NCBI RefSeq assembly: GCF_963921235.1
Contig: NC_086097.1
Location: 47,680,001-47,744,000, forward strand
Origin: Mobula hypostoma
Taxonomy: Eukaryota
Length of the DNA stretch: 64,000 bases
Direction: 5' to 3'
The position numbers and the translations under genes were made by a program. How positions within the stretch are numbered: position 1 is the stretch's first letter; every line of letters starts with the position of its first letter. A model generated the notes under the pieces. That model saw nothing but the letters and a program-made list of their open reading frames with translations. It was not told the DNA's origin and searched no databases. Shown here one piece after another: positions 49,294-61,898 of this stretch.

Positions 49294-52050
49294 CCTTGCA
49301 TTAAACACCAGGGTGCTCTCTTTAGTTACCTGATGAGGTAACGGTAGTCTTTGGCCAGGAGCAGATGCCATCAGATGGTGTCCACTTTTCATAGTGTTTG
49401 ATCCTTAACCACTGCACTCCTGTTGGTGGGTCAGCGGTGGTGACCAAGTCACTGTCCATCTGCTCCTGACTTCCAGCACAGCTCCTCTCACCTGCTCCAT
49501 AGCCAGCAAGAGGCTGTTTCTGCTTCCTCCCCCATCCTGTAGGTGGCTTGGTTCTTGCTGTTTACATCAAGGCCAGCAGAGACAGCCACCTCCATGCCAA
49601 CCTTGCAGGGTACCCTCTATATCCGATCTTCACAGGGAATAGCCATGCCTCCATCCTTTGTCCCTGCACTCTTGGACTAAGGACTGGTATTTCAGGGCCT
49701 TCCTCTCGTGAGCCTCCTTGCATTCTTCCTCCCATGATACTGAGAGCTCCAGCAGGATGATTTTCTTGTCTTTGATGGATCACAGTACAATGTCTGGTTG
49801 AAGTGTGGTATGCACTACCTCTGGAAACTGCAGTTTCCTCCCCATGTTGACCCTCATCTCCCATGATTTGGCAGTTTGCAGCAGATTGGATTCAGGCCTT
49901 TTTCATATGACTGATGTGGCCTTCTCCTTGATGAAAATGACTGCCTTGTTTGCCTCTCTGCCAGCTGTCTCTTTTCACACCTGTCCCACTCCAATGTGTT
50001 AGCAAGGGACAGCAAGACCTTGTTGCAGTGCCATCTATACTATTCTTGTGTTAAAGCTGTTTTGCATCCTGACATTATGTATGTCAGTGAACCCTGCTGA
50101 CCACAAAACTTGCAGTTAGGGTCTTCTCTTAGCCCCCATGTGTGCAGTTGTGATAGTGTAGGGTTAATGTCATACATGGACATCTAGGAGGAAAGAAATG
50201 CAGAACTGCTCCAGTCTCCAAAGCTCTGTCCAAGTGATCTTGAGCTTAGGAAGATCTCATTTCGTCTAGGCGCCCAATTCTACTGCCTTTTGTCCTCAGG
50301 TTCTGCCTAGACCATGTCTCATCTGTCTTTTGCCCTAGCACTCCCCCATCGTTGGAAGTGTGCAGAGCCGAGGCCTTGCCATCCTAGGCAAGAGTTGCCA
50401 GTGATGTCTCAATTACAGGGAGCTTATTGCCTGGTCTATGGCTGAGTTGGTTGCCCACTTTTGGCCTGATTTTGCTTGGTTTATTAATTTGTCTTCACAG
50501 CCCCTCAGTGTTAACACAACAGAGAAATCCGGGATGCCACCTTTCTGGATGGATGTGCTGATAGAGTGATTCCCTGTTAAGTAAGAGACCAGCCTTCTCG
50601 CAAGCACTGAGAAGGATATCTTGCACTCCATACTAAGGAGGGAGATTGTCCTAAATTGGTTGATTGCAGAGGAATCCTGTTCCTTGGGAACAAAGTACCT
50701 TCAGCCATTTTCCAGCTTGGTGCAAATTTTGGTCCAAATCTTCCTCATTATCTTCCACAACCTCCAGAGGAGTTTTGGGTATTTCTTATATACCTTGTAG
50801 AGCATACCACTTGGTCCTGGGGCGACAAATGACTTTGCTCTCTTGATAATATTCTGGACCACCTGCCACGTTCAGCTCAGTTAGTGGAATTCTTGGCTGG
50901 AAGACTTGAATTGAATTCTAGTCCCTAATTCCTACATGGATCACCGTGTGATTCCCACAGAAATTCCTCTACCTGCTGCTTTGAGTTGGTTAGGGTGCCA
51001 GATTTCCACTGGCTAAGAAGAGCCGTGGTGAACCTGAATGGGTTTTTAAACAAACTGTGCTCTCCTTCTCTCTTTCTCCCTTCTTCACTTTTGCAGCTGC
51101 TCCACCCTCCTGAGCTTGTGCAGCCGTTGCTGTAGTTTGCTGATTAGATCTTTGACACCTTTTTCATCAGGTGGACTGATTTTGAATTGTTGTTCAAGGT
51201 CTTTATCTCTCTTCTCAGGTGGCGAATCTCTCCTTCCCTCCTGTTTGGTTGCCATCATGGTTTAAGATCCCCTTTCTTCTCCAGGGGGGCCAAATCACTC
51301 TTTAGCAAAGTTGAACACAATGGTTGTGAGGAAGTTGATTTTCCTGTAGTCAGGTTCTAGCTTCTAAGATGCAATCCAGGTTGTCATCGAACTGCTTCGA
51401 AGATGCATTGTCTGAAGATCTAGGCCATCTGATCCTCGCTTTCCTTGATGAATATATTAGGGTGTAAGAGGAGGCACTCACTTGGTCTCTTCTTTGGCAT
51501 TGTGGCGGCTCAGGTGCGGAGAGATCTTCAGCTGTGTGGGGTGTTTCCTGGCTGGATTTCTCCATTGTCTCACTGGATGTTGAGCCTGTGCATTGCTCTT
51601 AAGTCGTCTTCATTCTGCAGCTGGACCACCTTTGGTATATCTTGAGGCCTTTGATGTCTTTGCAGATTTTGCCGCAAAGGGACGTTGCAATGAATGGCTC
51701 CCCAGTCAGTGTTGTTTGCTTGATCCTTCATGTTATCATATTTCCAGTCCTGGCCATTGCCTTTATGTCTGTCCTATTGAATCTATCATCCTCCCCCACC
51801 CTGGAGACTCTGTGGTTTTTACTTATTTACTTCATCTGTAGCTTGTATGGTGCCCTCTTGTGAGTGTTACACTCAAGGTTGCTAGCTTTGTCTGCCTGTG
51901 CTAGTCTTTCTTGGAGGTCAGCTGTCTTTCCAGTGTCACCGATCTTTCTCATTTCCCATCCAGTTTTTCCTGGAAATCACTAGCGAACCAGATGTCACTT
52001 GCATCATACACCAGGATACTCTCTAGAGTTGACTGATAAGGTAACCACAA
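49294..52050 (-). mobile_element. RLE-type (HERO/NeSL-like) retrotransposon, same family as 700-2865, with most of the RT deleted
   Basis: The 3' part is the reverse complement of 1600-2865. At ~50520 it jumps to the pre-RT region (SIQKGGIP, RIRWPRSS...QFDDNLDCILE). Confidence 0.8.
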
Positions 52051-52530
52051 CATTTGGCCAGCAGTATACGGTATACAATCTTAAATTTATTGTTATATGG
52101 ACATCCTTAGCAGGTCATTTATTACTCGTCTCCATTCAGCCTGGTTTCATGTAATAGTGTTTTGTATGTGGTTCCAAGTTAGTCACATTGGTCTAAGGTT
52201 GAAAGTTAGCTTTCCATCTCTGAGGAGTACTAATGAATCACTTTGTAACATGCATCATTAAATGGTAGGGTGTAAGTTTTCTAATTTACGCTTCTGAATA
52301 AATTTCTCCCTCCTGTTGGATTTAATTTGCATATTTTACTACCGTTGTTGATGTGAAGGTTCAATGTCTGCAATAAATTTCTTTTCATCTGAGGTAAACT
52401 GATAACTGCTTTTTGTTTCTCCATCTTGTAACTTCATGTCAGATTCTGGAGTCTCATTTCAGATTATTTTTTTCAGGTTCTGCATTTTACACCACATCTG
52501 CATTTATTACTACTTGTTTTGTAATTGCAG

Positions 52531-52752
52531 TTAATTAATCTCATTGAAAACAATTCAGTCGTCATCATTCAAGGTGCTACTGGTAGTGGCAAGAGTACAC
52601 AACTACCACAATATATTCTTGAATACTACTTAAGAAAAAATGCATTCTGCAATATTGTAGTAACACAACCACGAAAAATTGGAGCAATCAGTATTGCACG
52701 GTGGATCTGCAAAGAACGTCATTTGTTTCTGGGAGGCTTGGTTGGGTATCAG
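52531..52752 (+). CDS. TDRD9: TDRD9 exon 4, start of the DExH helicase domain (Walker A)
   Basis: TTGCAG|LINLIENNSVVIIQGATGSGKSTQLPQYIL...CNIVVTQPRKIGAISIARWICKER...LGGLVGYQ|GTATGT. 222 nt, phase 0-0. Confidence 0.95.
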
Positions 52753-52965
52753 GTATGTTAATGTTTTTGGCACTTTTTAAAAAATATTTTTGTTTGTAAA
52801 TTTATGTTGGTTGTGAAACTTTTATTTGGTATGTTTTGTTGTGATTGTTTAAGCTAATTGGCATTGAATAAGCTTTAACCTCACACTCAATTTACCCAGA
52901 TCTTGAAAACTTATTTTACTGTGCCTCTAGTCTCCTGCTGTGTGTTCTGCGATATCTAGATCTCT

Positions 52966-53344
52966 ACTACTACTACTACTACTGCTACTACGACGTCGAC
53001 TCAGGCCTAGGGGGCCGGCGTCGGGCACGATAACGGACTCTCCACTTCTCCCTCTCCCTCATCAGTGTGTTCAGTTCATCTACATTAGCCGTGCCGCTGT
53101 CTTCTAGGAGCGTGTTGACCATAGTCTTGTGAGGGCGCACAGGATTCATCCTCCCGTGCTTGGGCTCCCATATGATGACTAGGCTGGCAGGTACATCGAG
53201 GTGGCGTAGACAGTTCCCCGCTATTTGCAGTCTTCTCGCCTCGATTTTAGTGGAGAGCATCAGTAGATTATAGAGCTCAACGTTCGTCATGCGCTGTTGC
53301 CAACTCACATCAAGAGCCATCGGGAGCACTCATGTATAGCAACC
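52966..53344 (-). mobile_element. RTE-like LINE 3' fragment with (GTA)n tail
   Basis: ALDVSWQQRMTNVELY...RRLQIAGNCLRH. A (TAC)n tract marks the 3' end. Exact 12-bp TSD ATCTAGATCTCT at 52954-52965 and 53345-53356. Confidence 0.85.
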
Positions 53345-54169
53345 ATCTAGATCTCTGGTAGATTGTTAAGACTGTACTCTTGACAGGCATTGATGGCTAA
53401 AGGGGGGAAGGGTTCAACTACATGTTTTGTTTTTAAAAGATCAAATTGTAATAATGTTCAGAAAGTTGAGAACTATTAAATTGGTTTTTAATTAAAAGAT
53501 AATTAAAATACAAATGCTGTAATTTTTAAACAATGAGGTGAAATAATGGTAACTTGCGCCCTTCACCTTTTCTTTGCATTCCTGTAATCATGATTGGAAA
53601 TAGATTGAATCTTTCATATTGGGGAATTCCAGGTAGGCTGGACTGCAGTTCAGAATTAACGTCATTTGGCTTATGGTGGTTTGTGTCATTATCTGGTTTT
53701 CAAAGATTAAGTGCTGGTAGTTTTCAGCAAGGGCCTGCCCCATTTTTTTTAACCAGGTGTTCACAATAATGTGTTTTGTTTTGCAAAATACCAAACTAAC
53801 TAATTATTGCTTAACTTCCTATCAGTAAAAAGTACTGATTTGGGAAGAACTCCCCTGTCACAACAAATTCTGTTTCTCAGCAACTTTTTCTGAACGTTGT
53901 ATGACAATATACCAGATTATTTGGCGTCGTATGTGACTGTAAGATTTTTAGATCACTCATTCAACTATTCAAAGATTCAAAGTACATTTATTATCAAAAG
54001 TGTGTAAGCAGTACACAACCCTGAAATTCGTCTTCTCTACAGACAGCCATGAAACAAAGAAAACCAAGCTGTTCAAAGAAAACATCAAACCCTTCGCCAT
54101 GTGCAAAAAAACCACACCACGCAAATGGCAATAAAAAAAGAGCAGAAAACAATATAAAAAACAATGTGC

Positions 54170-57100
54170 CAGTCGTACATGCAGCCTGTTACAGTTGCTC
54201 CGTCTTGTTTCTTACTTTTTTAACTTGGGTTATTGTATTTTTTTCTCACGGTAACACGTTGAAGCTGCACCCTCTCTAACATGCTGGTGGAGAGAGTTTT
54301 ACTTGTTTTTTTAGCGCTAGAAATAGTTACATTCGGACACGCCTCATTAGCATGGCAGCAGGATGGCCGCATTGTTTATTCCAGGGACCAGCTGATTGTG
54401 CTTATGCTGGCCAGATTAGCGAACAGAGCGTCGGACGCCCCTGCTGAAATCTGGAGGTAAACACACAGAGGATGCAGAGGGGGATCAAAAAGGCGAGAGA
54501 AGAGGACTGGGTCGAGACAACAGAGGCTTATGGAGAAGAGAAGTTATAAGCCGTGTCTCCCCTCTCTGATCATGGGCAATGTGAAATCGCTGGGTAATAA
54601 AATGGACGAATTGACGGCGCTTGTCAGGAGTCAGAGAACATTTCGGGAAAGCAGTGTCATGTGCTTTACTGAAATGTGGCTGCACGAGGACATACCCGAT
54701 CAAAGCGTTTCCATAGAGGGCTTCCAGACCGTTCGAGCTGACCGGAATTGCACTCAGAGCGGTAAGCGTAAAGGAGGGGGGCTTGTGGTTCTGGTAAACA
54801 ACAGATGGTGCAATCCTGGTCATATTACAATCAAGGAACGTGTTTGTAGCCGGGATATTGAACTTTTTGCTGTTGGACTCCGGCCATATTATTTGCCAAG
54901 GGAAATCTCGCAATCAATTGTGGTTGTTATGTACATCCCTCCCTCTGCCAACCCGACGTTGGCGTGTAACATCATTTACACCGTCAAAGCCAGATTACAA
55001 ACCCAGCACCCGAGTGCCCTCATTACCATCTCAGTGACTTCAACCATGTTACCATGGCTAGAACACTGCCCAACTTCACGCAGTATGTGAGCTGTACAAC
55101 CAGAGGGGAGAGGGCTCTGGATTTGATGTACGCTAACGTTAAGGATGCATACAGCTCCTCTTCCCTCCCCCCATTGGGAAGGTCTGATCACAACCTGGTG
55201 CATCTAAAACCCTGCTACGTGCCCCTGCTGAAGAGTAAACCTGCAACCTCGAGGACAGTGAGGAAATGGTCGGAGGAGGCTTATGAGGTGCTCCAGGGTT
55301 GTTTAGAGGTGACAGATTGGCAGGCACTCTGTGAGCCACATTGGGAGGATATTGATGGGCTCACAGAGTGCATCACTGATTACATCAGCTTCTGTGTGGA
55401 CTGCAATGTTCCGACAAGAACTGTCCTTTGTTATTCAAATAACAAGCCATTGGTAACAAAGGACATTAATGACATCCTGAACGCTAAAAAGAGGGCGTTT
55501 AGAGATGGAAATAGGGAGGAGCTGAGGGCAATACAGAGTGACCTGAAAGCCAGGATCAGGGAGGCTTAAGACAGGTACAGGAGGAAGCTTGAGTGGAAAC
55601 TCCAGCAGAACAACATGAGTCAGGTCTGGAGTGGGATGAGGACCATCACTGGGTTCCGGCAGACTAGCAACAGAGGAGCTGAAGGCAGTGTGGACAGGGC
55701 CAATGAACTTAACCTGTTCTTTAACAGATTTGACATTGTGGCCCCTGCCCATCCCCCACGAGTCATCTGTTGTCGGCCCCCAACCAACACATATTCCACT
55801 CTCCCCTCCTACCCCTCCTCGCAGTCCCCCACCGTGCTCTCATGACTATACCCCTTCCCCACACGAAACCACCACAGTGGGCTTCACAGCTGAACAGGTG
55901 AGAAGACAGCTGAAACTTCTCAACCGAAGCAAGGCTGCAGGACTGGATGGTGTCAGTACCAGGGTACTCAAAGCCTGTGCCCCTCAGCTATGTGGAGTAC
56001 TTCGCCATGTCTGCAACCTGAGCCTGAGGCTCCGGAGGGCTCCTGTGCTGTGGAAGACGTCCTGCCTCGTCCCTGTGCCAAAGACGCCGCGCCCCAGCGG
56101 CCTCAATGACTACAGACCGGTGGCATTGACCTCCCACATCATGAAGACACCGGAGAGACTTGTTCTGGAGCTGCTTCGGCCTATGGTCAGGCCACACTTA
56201 GATCCCCTCCAGTTCGCCTACCAGCCCCGACTAGGAGTTGAGGATGCCATCGTCTACCTGCTGAACTGTGTCTACGCCCACCTGGACAAGCCAGCGAGCA
56301 CTGTGAGGGTCATGTATTTTGACTTCTCCAGTGCGTTCAACACCATCCGCCCTGCTCTGCTGGGGGAGAAGCTGACAGCGATGCAAGTGGATGCTTTCCT
56401 GGTGTCATGGATCCTTGATTACCTGACTGGCAGACCACAGTACGTGTGCTTGCAACACTGTGTGTCCGACAGAGTGATCAGCAGCACTGGGCTTCCACAG
56501 GGGACTGTCTTGTCTCCCTTTCTCTTCACCATTTACACCTCGGACTTCAGTTACTGCACAGAGTCTTGTCATCTTCAGAAGTTTTCGGATGACTCTGCCA
56601 TAGTTGGATGCATCAGCAAGGGAGATGAGGCTGAGTACAGGGCTACGGTAGGAAACTTTGTCACATGGTGTGAGCAGAATTATCTGCAGCCTAATGTGAA
56701 AGAGATTAAGGAGCTGGTGGTAGACCTGAGGAGAGCTAAGGTACTGGTGACCCCTGTTTCCATCTAGGGGGTCAGTGTGGACATGGTGGAGGATTACAAA
56801 TACCTGGGGATACGAATTGACAATAAACTGGACTGGTCAAAGAACATTGAGGCTGTCTACAAGAAGGGTCAGAGCCGTCTCTATTTCCTGAGGAGACTGA
56901 GGTCCTTTAACATCTGCCGGACGATGCTGAGGATGTTCTACAAGTCTGTGGTGGCCAGTGCTATCATGTTTGCTGTTGTGTGCTGGGGCAGCAGGCTGAG
57001 GGTAGCAGACACCAACAGAATCAACAAACTTATTCGTAAGGCTAGTGATGTTATGGAGATGGAACTGGACTGTCTGATGGTGGTGTCTGAAAAGAGGATG

Positions 57101-57530
57101 CTGTCCAAGTTGCATGCCATCTTGGACAAAGTCTCCCATCCACTACATAATGTACTGGTTGGGCACAGGAGTACATTCAGCCAGAGACTCATTCCACCGA
57201 GATGCAGCACAGAGCGTCATAGGAAGTCATTCCTGCCTGTGACCATCAAACTTTACAACTACTCCCTTGGAGGGTCAGACACCCTGAGCCAATAGGCTGG
57301 TCCTGGACTTATTTCATAATTTACTGGCATAATTTACATACTACTATTTAACCATTTATGGTTCTATTACTATTTATTATTTATGGTGCAATCCTGACAA
57401 AGGGTTCCGGCCCGAAATGTCGATTGATCTTTTCCTCTGATGCTGCCTGACCTGCTGAGTTCCTCCAGCGTGTTGTGAGTGTAACAAAAACCAATTTCCC
57501 CCGGGATCAATAAAGTATGACTATGACTAA
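54170..57530 (+). mobile_element. Rex1/Babar LINE, near full length with few disablements (APE + RT)
   Basis: GNVKSLGNKMDEL, CFTEMWL and GRSDHN (APE). KAAGLDG, NDYRPVALTS, YFDFSSAFNTI, PQGTVLSPFLF and KFSDD (RT). 3' end AATAAAG(TATGAC)n. Confidence 0.92.
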
Positions 57531-59519
57531 AACAAATCAAAGGAGTCCAGGCATATTCAATTCAGCTGAGTGTTTATTATTTGCAGGATGTGGTGATTCA
57601 TTCATAAAGTCTCCACATTTTCATCTGCAAAATATTATCTGATTAAACTGGTGTTTCCACTTATTACTGAAATCTTCTCTGCAAAATTTATTATCTCTAG
57701 GCTTAGCTATTGTTCTGTATTTCAAGCCACCCTCTACATACTATACTTCATAAACTCGTGTCTCAATTTGCACTCTCCCATTCATCCATCACTCCTCTAT
57801 CTATTGATCTCATCAGTTCCCATTTAAGCAAAGCCTTGATGTTTACACTATATGTTCACCAGTTAGTTTTTGCCTGTCCCTCCATAGTTTTATGCCCTTT
57901 TAATCTTGCAACCCTACCTCCAAATATGGACTTGTCCAATTTTGACCTCCAGATTGGTTTGTGTGGATCATTTTATCATTGGCTCTATTGGATTTGTTCA
58001 GGTGACAAGTCTAGTAGGACTGGAATTGCCCTTCTAGTAGTTAAGTCTCCCTATTCCTGTTGCATTTAAAGTGCTTTTTGCTCCGCCTTCTGTTCACCTT
58101 TCCTGTTGCTGCTGTGCTTCAATATCATATCTTTCACCAATAATGTTCTTGTAGTAAAATGTGCCAAGGTATTTTACTTCAAGGAAAATCTGAATTGCAA
58201 GTTCTGTTCTTGCTATTTAGTTTGATAGAATTGTTATTTTACAGCAACTTAATGTATTTGCCTCCAAGCTTAAAAAGTAGCATGCCAATGAATACAGAAA
58301 AGAGCTACAGTTAGCCAAAATGATTTGGATCTAAGTATGTTTGGAGCATGTTGAATAAAACTCAACTGCATTTGTCACCTTTAACCTTTGAGGACTCTTT
58401 AAGTACTAGCGAAGAGCAATATGATCTTTGTAGTCACAAGACATTATGAGAATCTTTTGTTGTGGGACAGTGAACAGCCCTGTTCTGGAAACAATGCTTA
58501 ATTACAGTTAGTTTTCATTTTCCATCTTTTGATTCCTATTCAATACCTTTTGTTTCAGTTCTGCTATGTGTCAGCCTTTCTGAGCTTGCTGCTCATCATT
58601 CTAAACTCCAGAGATTATGGGCCTTATCCAGACTATTTCTAAACTAAGTGTTTTAATAAGTAGCTAGAATCTATACACAGAATTCCAGTTACTGTGTAAT
58701 TGCAATGAAACTTCACTACCTTTCCCTCCTTTGTCCTCATTTACTTTTCTGGTAACTTGTACTTGCATGATGACTTAGTTCCTTGTACCATTCAGCTCTT
58801 AGCTCTCTAAGTGGCAATTTTCAGTCATCTTATACCATTTAATTAATATTCTGCTTTTGCAAATGTAGAAAATCTCCTCTGCTTCTTTCATCTGCTATTT
58901 CTGAATACTTATTTAAATTGAGTGCATTCTTTACAAACTCATGTAATCTTCCTCCCAGCATATTTTCTGACCAATATTTGTATGCAATACACCTTTCATT
59001 TGTTATAAACATGAAATACCTGAGACCACACCAATGCAGGTTTCCACTAATTGCAGTTTTCCAACTTGATAGTGACCTATTTACTCCATTAATCCTATCC
59101 AAGCTATTATACTGCCTTCCACACCATGAACCCTTGTCTTCCATGCTTCTTTGATATAATGACTTGTTGAATGTATTTTGGCAATCTAGATTTCTTGGTA
59201 TTGGATCAATGTTTATTTTCTGATCCTTGGGGTTCTTCCAGGAAGCGAGAACGATGAGCAGTCTTAATTCTTACAGTCATTTATTTTACAGTACAAATGA
59301 ACATACAAGCACTAAGCAAACTAAAGAGCTGAGAAATGGAGCTAAGACGAATGAAAAGCAGTCAGAAGCTAAAGATGAAAGAAAATACAGATGGCACCTC
59401 TGGGGAAAAATCCATTACTTGTAATAAAAGAAAACAGAAATTCCTTGGATAAAATAAAACAATCAATGATAGCACAATTACATCACATAGGTATTGTGCT
59501 AATTCATAGCCACTGAAAA

Positions 59520-60432
59520 GTGAGCACTTCTTTCCTCCCCCTTTCCACTATCTGTAGGGATTGCTCCCTACATGACTCGCTTGTCCATTCATCCCTCCCT
59601 ACTGATCTTCCTCCCGGTACTAATCCTTGCAAGCAGAGCAAGTGCCATACCTGCCTCTACAGCTCCTCCCTCACTACATTTCAGGGCCCCAAACTGTCCT
59701 TTCAGTTGAGGTGACACTTCACTGGTGAGTCCATTGGGGGTTATCTGCTGTATCCATTGTTCCTGAGGTGGCCTCCTGTATATTGGTGAGACCCGATGAA
59801 GATTAGGAGATAGCTTCGCCGAGCACCTATGCTTTGTCTGCCAAAAAAAAGGTAGGATCTCCCGGTTGCCATCCATTTCAATTCTACTTTCCATTCCCAT
59901 TCTAACATAGCCATCCATAGCTTCCTCTACTGCCACGCTCAGGTTGGAGGAGTAATACCTTGTATTCCATTTGGGTAACCTCCAACCTGATGGCATGAAC
60001 ATAGATTTTTTGAATTTGCAGTAATGTTCCTCCCCCTGCCTTCTCCTGCACCATTCCCCATTCCTATTGCCCTCTCTCACTTTTTCTCCTTACCTGCCCA
60101 TCATCTCCCTCTGCTCCTCCCCCTTCTTCCATGGTCTTCAACCAGATTTCCCCTACTCGTGCCCTTTAACTCTTTCACCAATCAACTTTCCAGCTCTCTA
60201 CTTCACTCCTCCCTCCTACCAGTTTCACCTATCACCTACCACCTGTACATCTTCCTCCCCTGCCCCCATCGTTTTTCTGACGTCTCATCTTTTTTTCTCC
60301 AGTCTTGATGAAGCGTCTCGCCCCAAAACATCGACTGTTTACTCTTTTCCATAGATTCTGCCTGGCCTGCTGAGTTCCTCCAGCTTTTTCTGTGTGTTGC
60401 TTTGGTTTCCAGCATCTGCAGATTTTCTCTTG
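59520..60432 (+). mobile_element. Penelope-like element 3' part, decayed
   Basis: Homologous to 25790-26740, including a GIY-YIG remnant and a degenerate hammerhead motif at ~60301-60336. Confidence 0.85.
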
Positions 60433-61671
60433 ACGGTGATCAACTATTAATTTAACTGCTATACCATTTTCTGCCAGTAACTGGGGATGACGCTCCACAT
60501 ACTGTGGAAAAATGCATGAGTTTGTTAAAAATTTCAAGTGATTAAAATACAACTTGTAGTCTTACTATGAAAAGTATTTGAAAAAGCTGTGATTTCCAAC
60601 ATTGGTTACATCTTAGAGTTATCTACATCTGTCATTGACTTTTGTAAAGCTATGTGACTGCTTTATCATGTTTCATGAGATCTGAGTGTCCTGTTTACAG
60701 CTAATTCGCCCATTCTGAATTTACAGTGTTCTGCTCACTAAGGATCAACTCTGATATCACTGTCAAATCAGAGTGGTTCTGTTTTGGCAAACTGGCCTGT
60801 ATCTCTTAGACTAAGTGTCAACTTTCAGACATGTCCTTGTACTTGCGGCTGAGCTAGGTTATTGCCTCCCAGACCAGATCTTTCCTCCCAGATTCTATCC
60901 TTATGGTGTCCTAAACCATAAAGCCTGCTATCGCTTCATTGCTCTGCAAACACGACTGTTTGCGCAAACCACTGCTTCAGCCTGGCCTTGCAATAATTGT
61001 TTTCTTCTTTCTTGACTCCCTGTGTCTTCCGGCTTTTGTCCCTGCCATTTTAACAAACTTGACAAATGCTGCAAATGCTGGTATGTTGAGTTTAGAGGCA
61101 TGCTGGCTGTCAAAATCTAGGAGAAATGGACAAATGCTTGGAGTTATACTGGCACAAAAATGGGTCCTTCAGTCCATTATCCATGATGACTGTCGAGCAA
61201 CCATTTATGCTAATCCCAGTTTATTCATCCTGCATTACCATTCCTTCTCTTCGTGCTACCCGACTTAGTTTCCCCAGCATTCTGTATGTGTTGCTCAAGA
61301 TTTCCAGTGTCTACAGAATTTCATGTGTTTGAGTTTCTACTGTTTATTTACATGTTAGTGGTAATATACAGTAGCCAATTAATTTACTGGACTTTTGTAT
61401 ATGGTAGGAATCTGGAGACTGGAAGAAATCCAGTAAACCACAGGGAGATCATAAAAACAGCACCAGAAGTCAGGATTGAAAGCAGGTAGTTAGAGATGTC
61501 AAGCAGTAGCTCCAATAGTGTCAATTAGTGCTTGTGTAATTTCATTCTTAAAATTTTCAGGCAATCAAAAGGCAGAAATTATATGGAAAATGAAAACATA
61601 AAGATTAAAGTAACTTTTATCTTACAAGAAAATTTTTTAAAAATGAAGGTGCTATTTAGAAGTATAACATA

Positions 61672-61898
61672 ATCCTGGAAACTATAGACCAATGAGTCTC
61701 AAGTCAGTGGTAGGGAAGTTACTGGAGAGAATTGTTAAGGGATAGGATTTATGAGCATTTGGAAAATTATTGCCTAATTAGAGAGAGCCAGCATAGCTTT
61801 GTGTGGGACAAGTCGTGTCTAACTAACTTGATTGAAGTTTTTGACAAGGTCATGATGGTGTTTGATGAAGGTAGAGCAGTGGATGTTGTCCACTTGGA
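61672..61898 (+). mobile_element. CR1 RT fragment interrupted by an L1 insertion
   Basis: PGNYRPMSLKS...ESQHSFVWDKSCLTNLIE...AVDVVHLDF breaks off at the T-rich L1 tail. Confidence 0.8.

Noticed and set aside
60455..60510. Minus-strand mini-exon YVERHPQLLAENG as an RD3L remnant
   Set aside because: Only LAEN matches the recalled RD3L sequence, the donor is weak, and no other RD3L motif is nearby.
52753..61670. TDRD9 exon 5 (expected VGLEK...YMTTGVLLQK)
   Set aside because: Not found by eye; it probably lies beyond the window.
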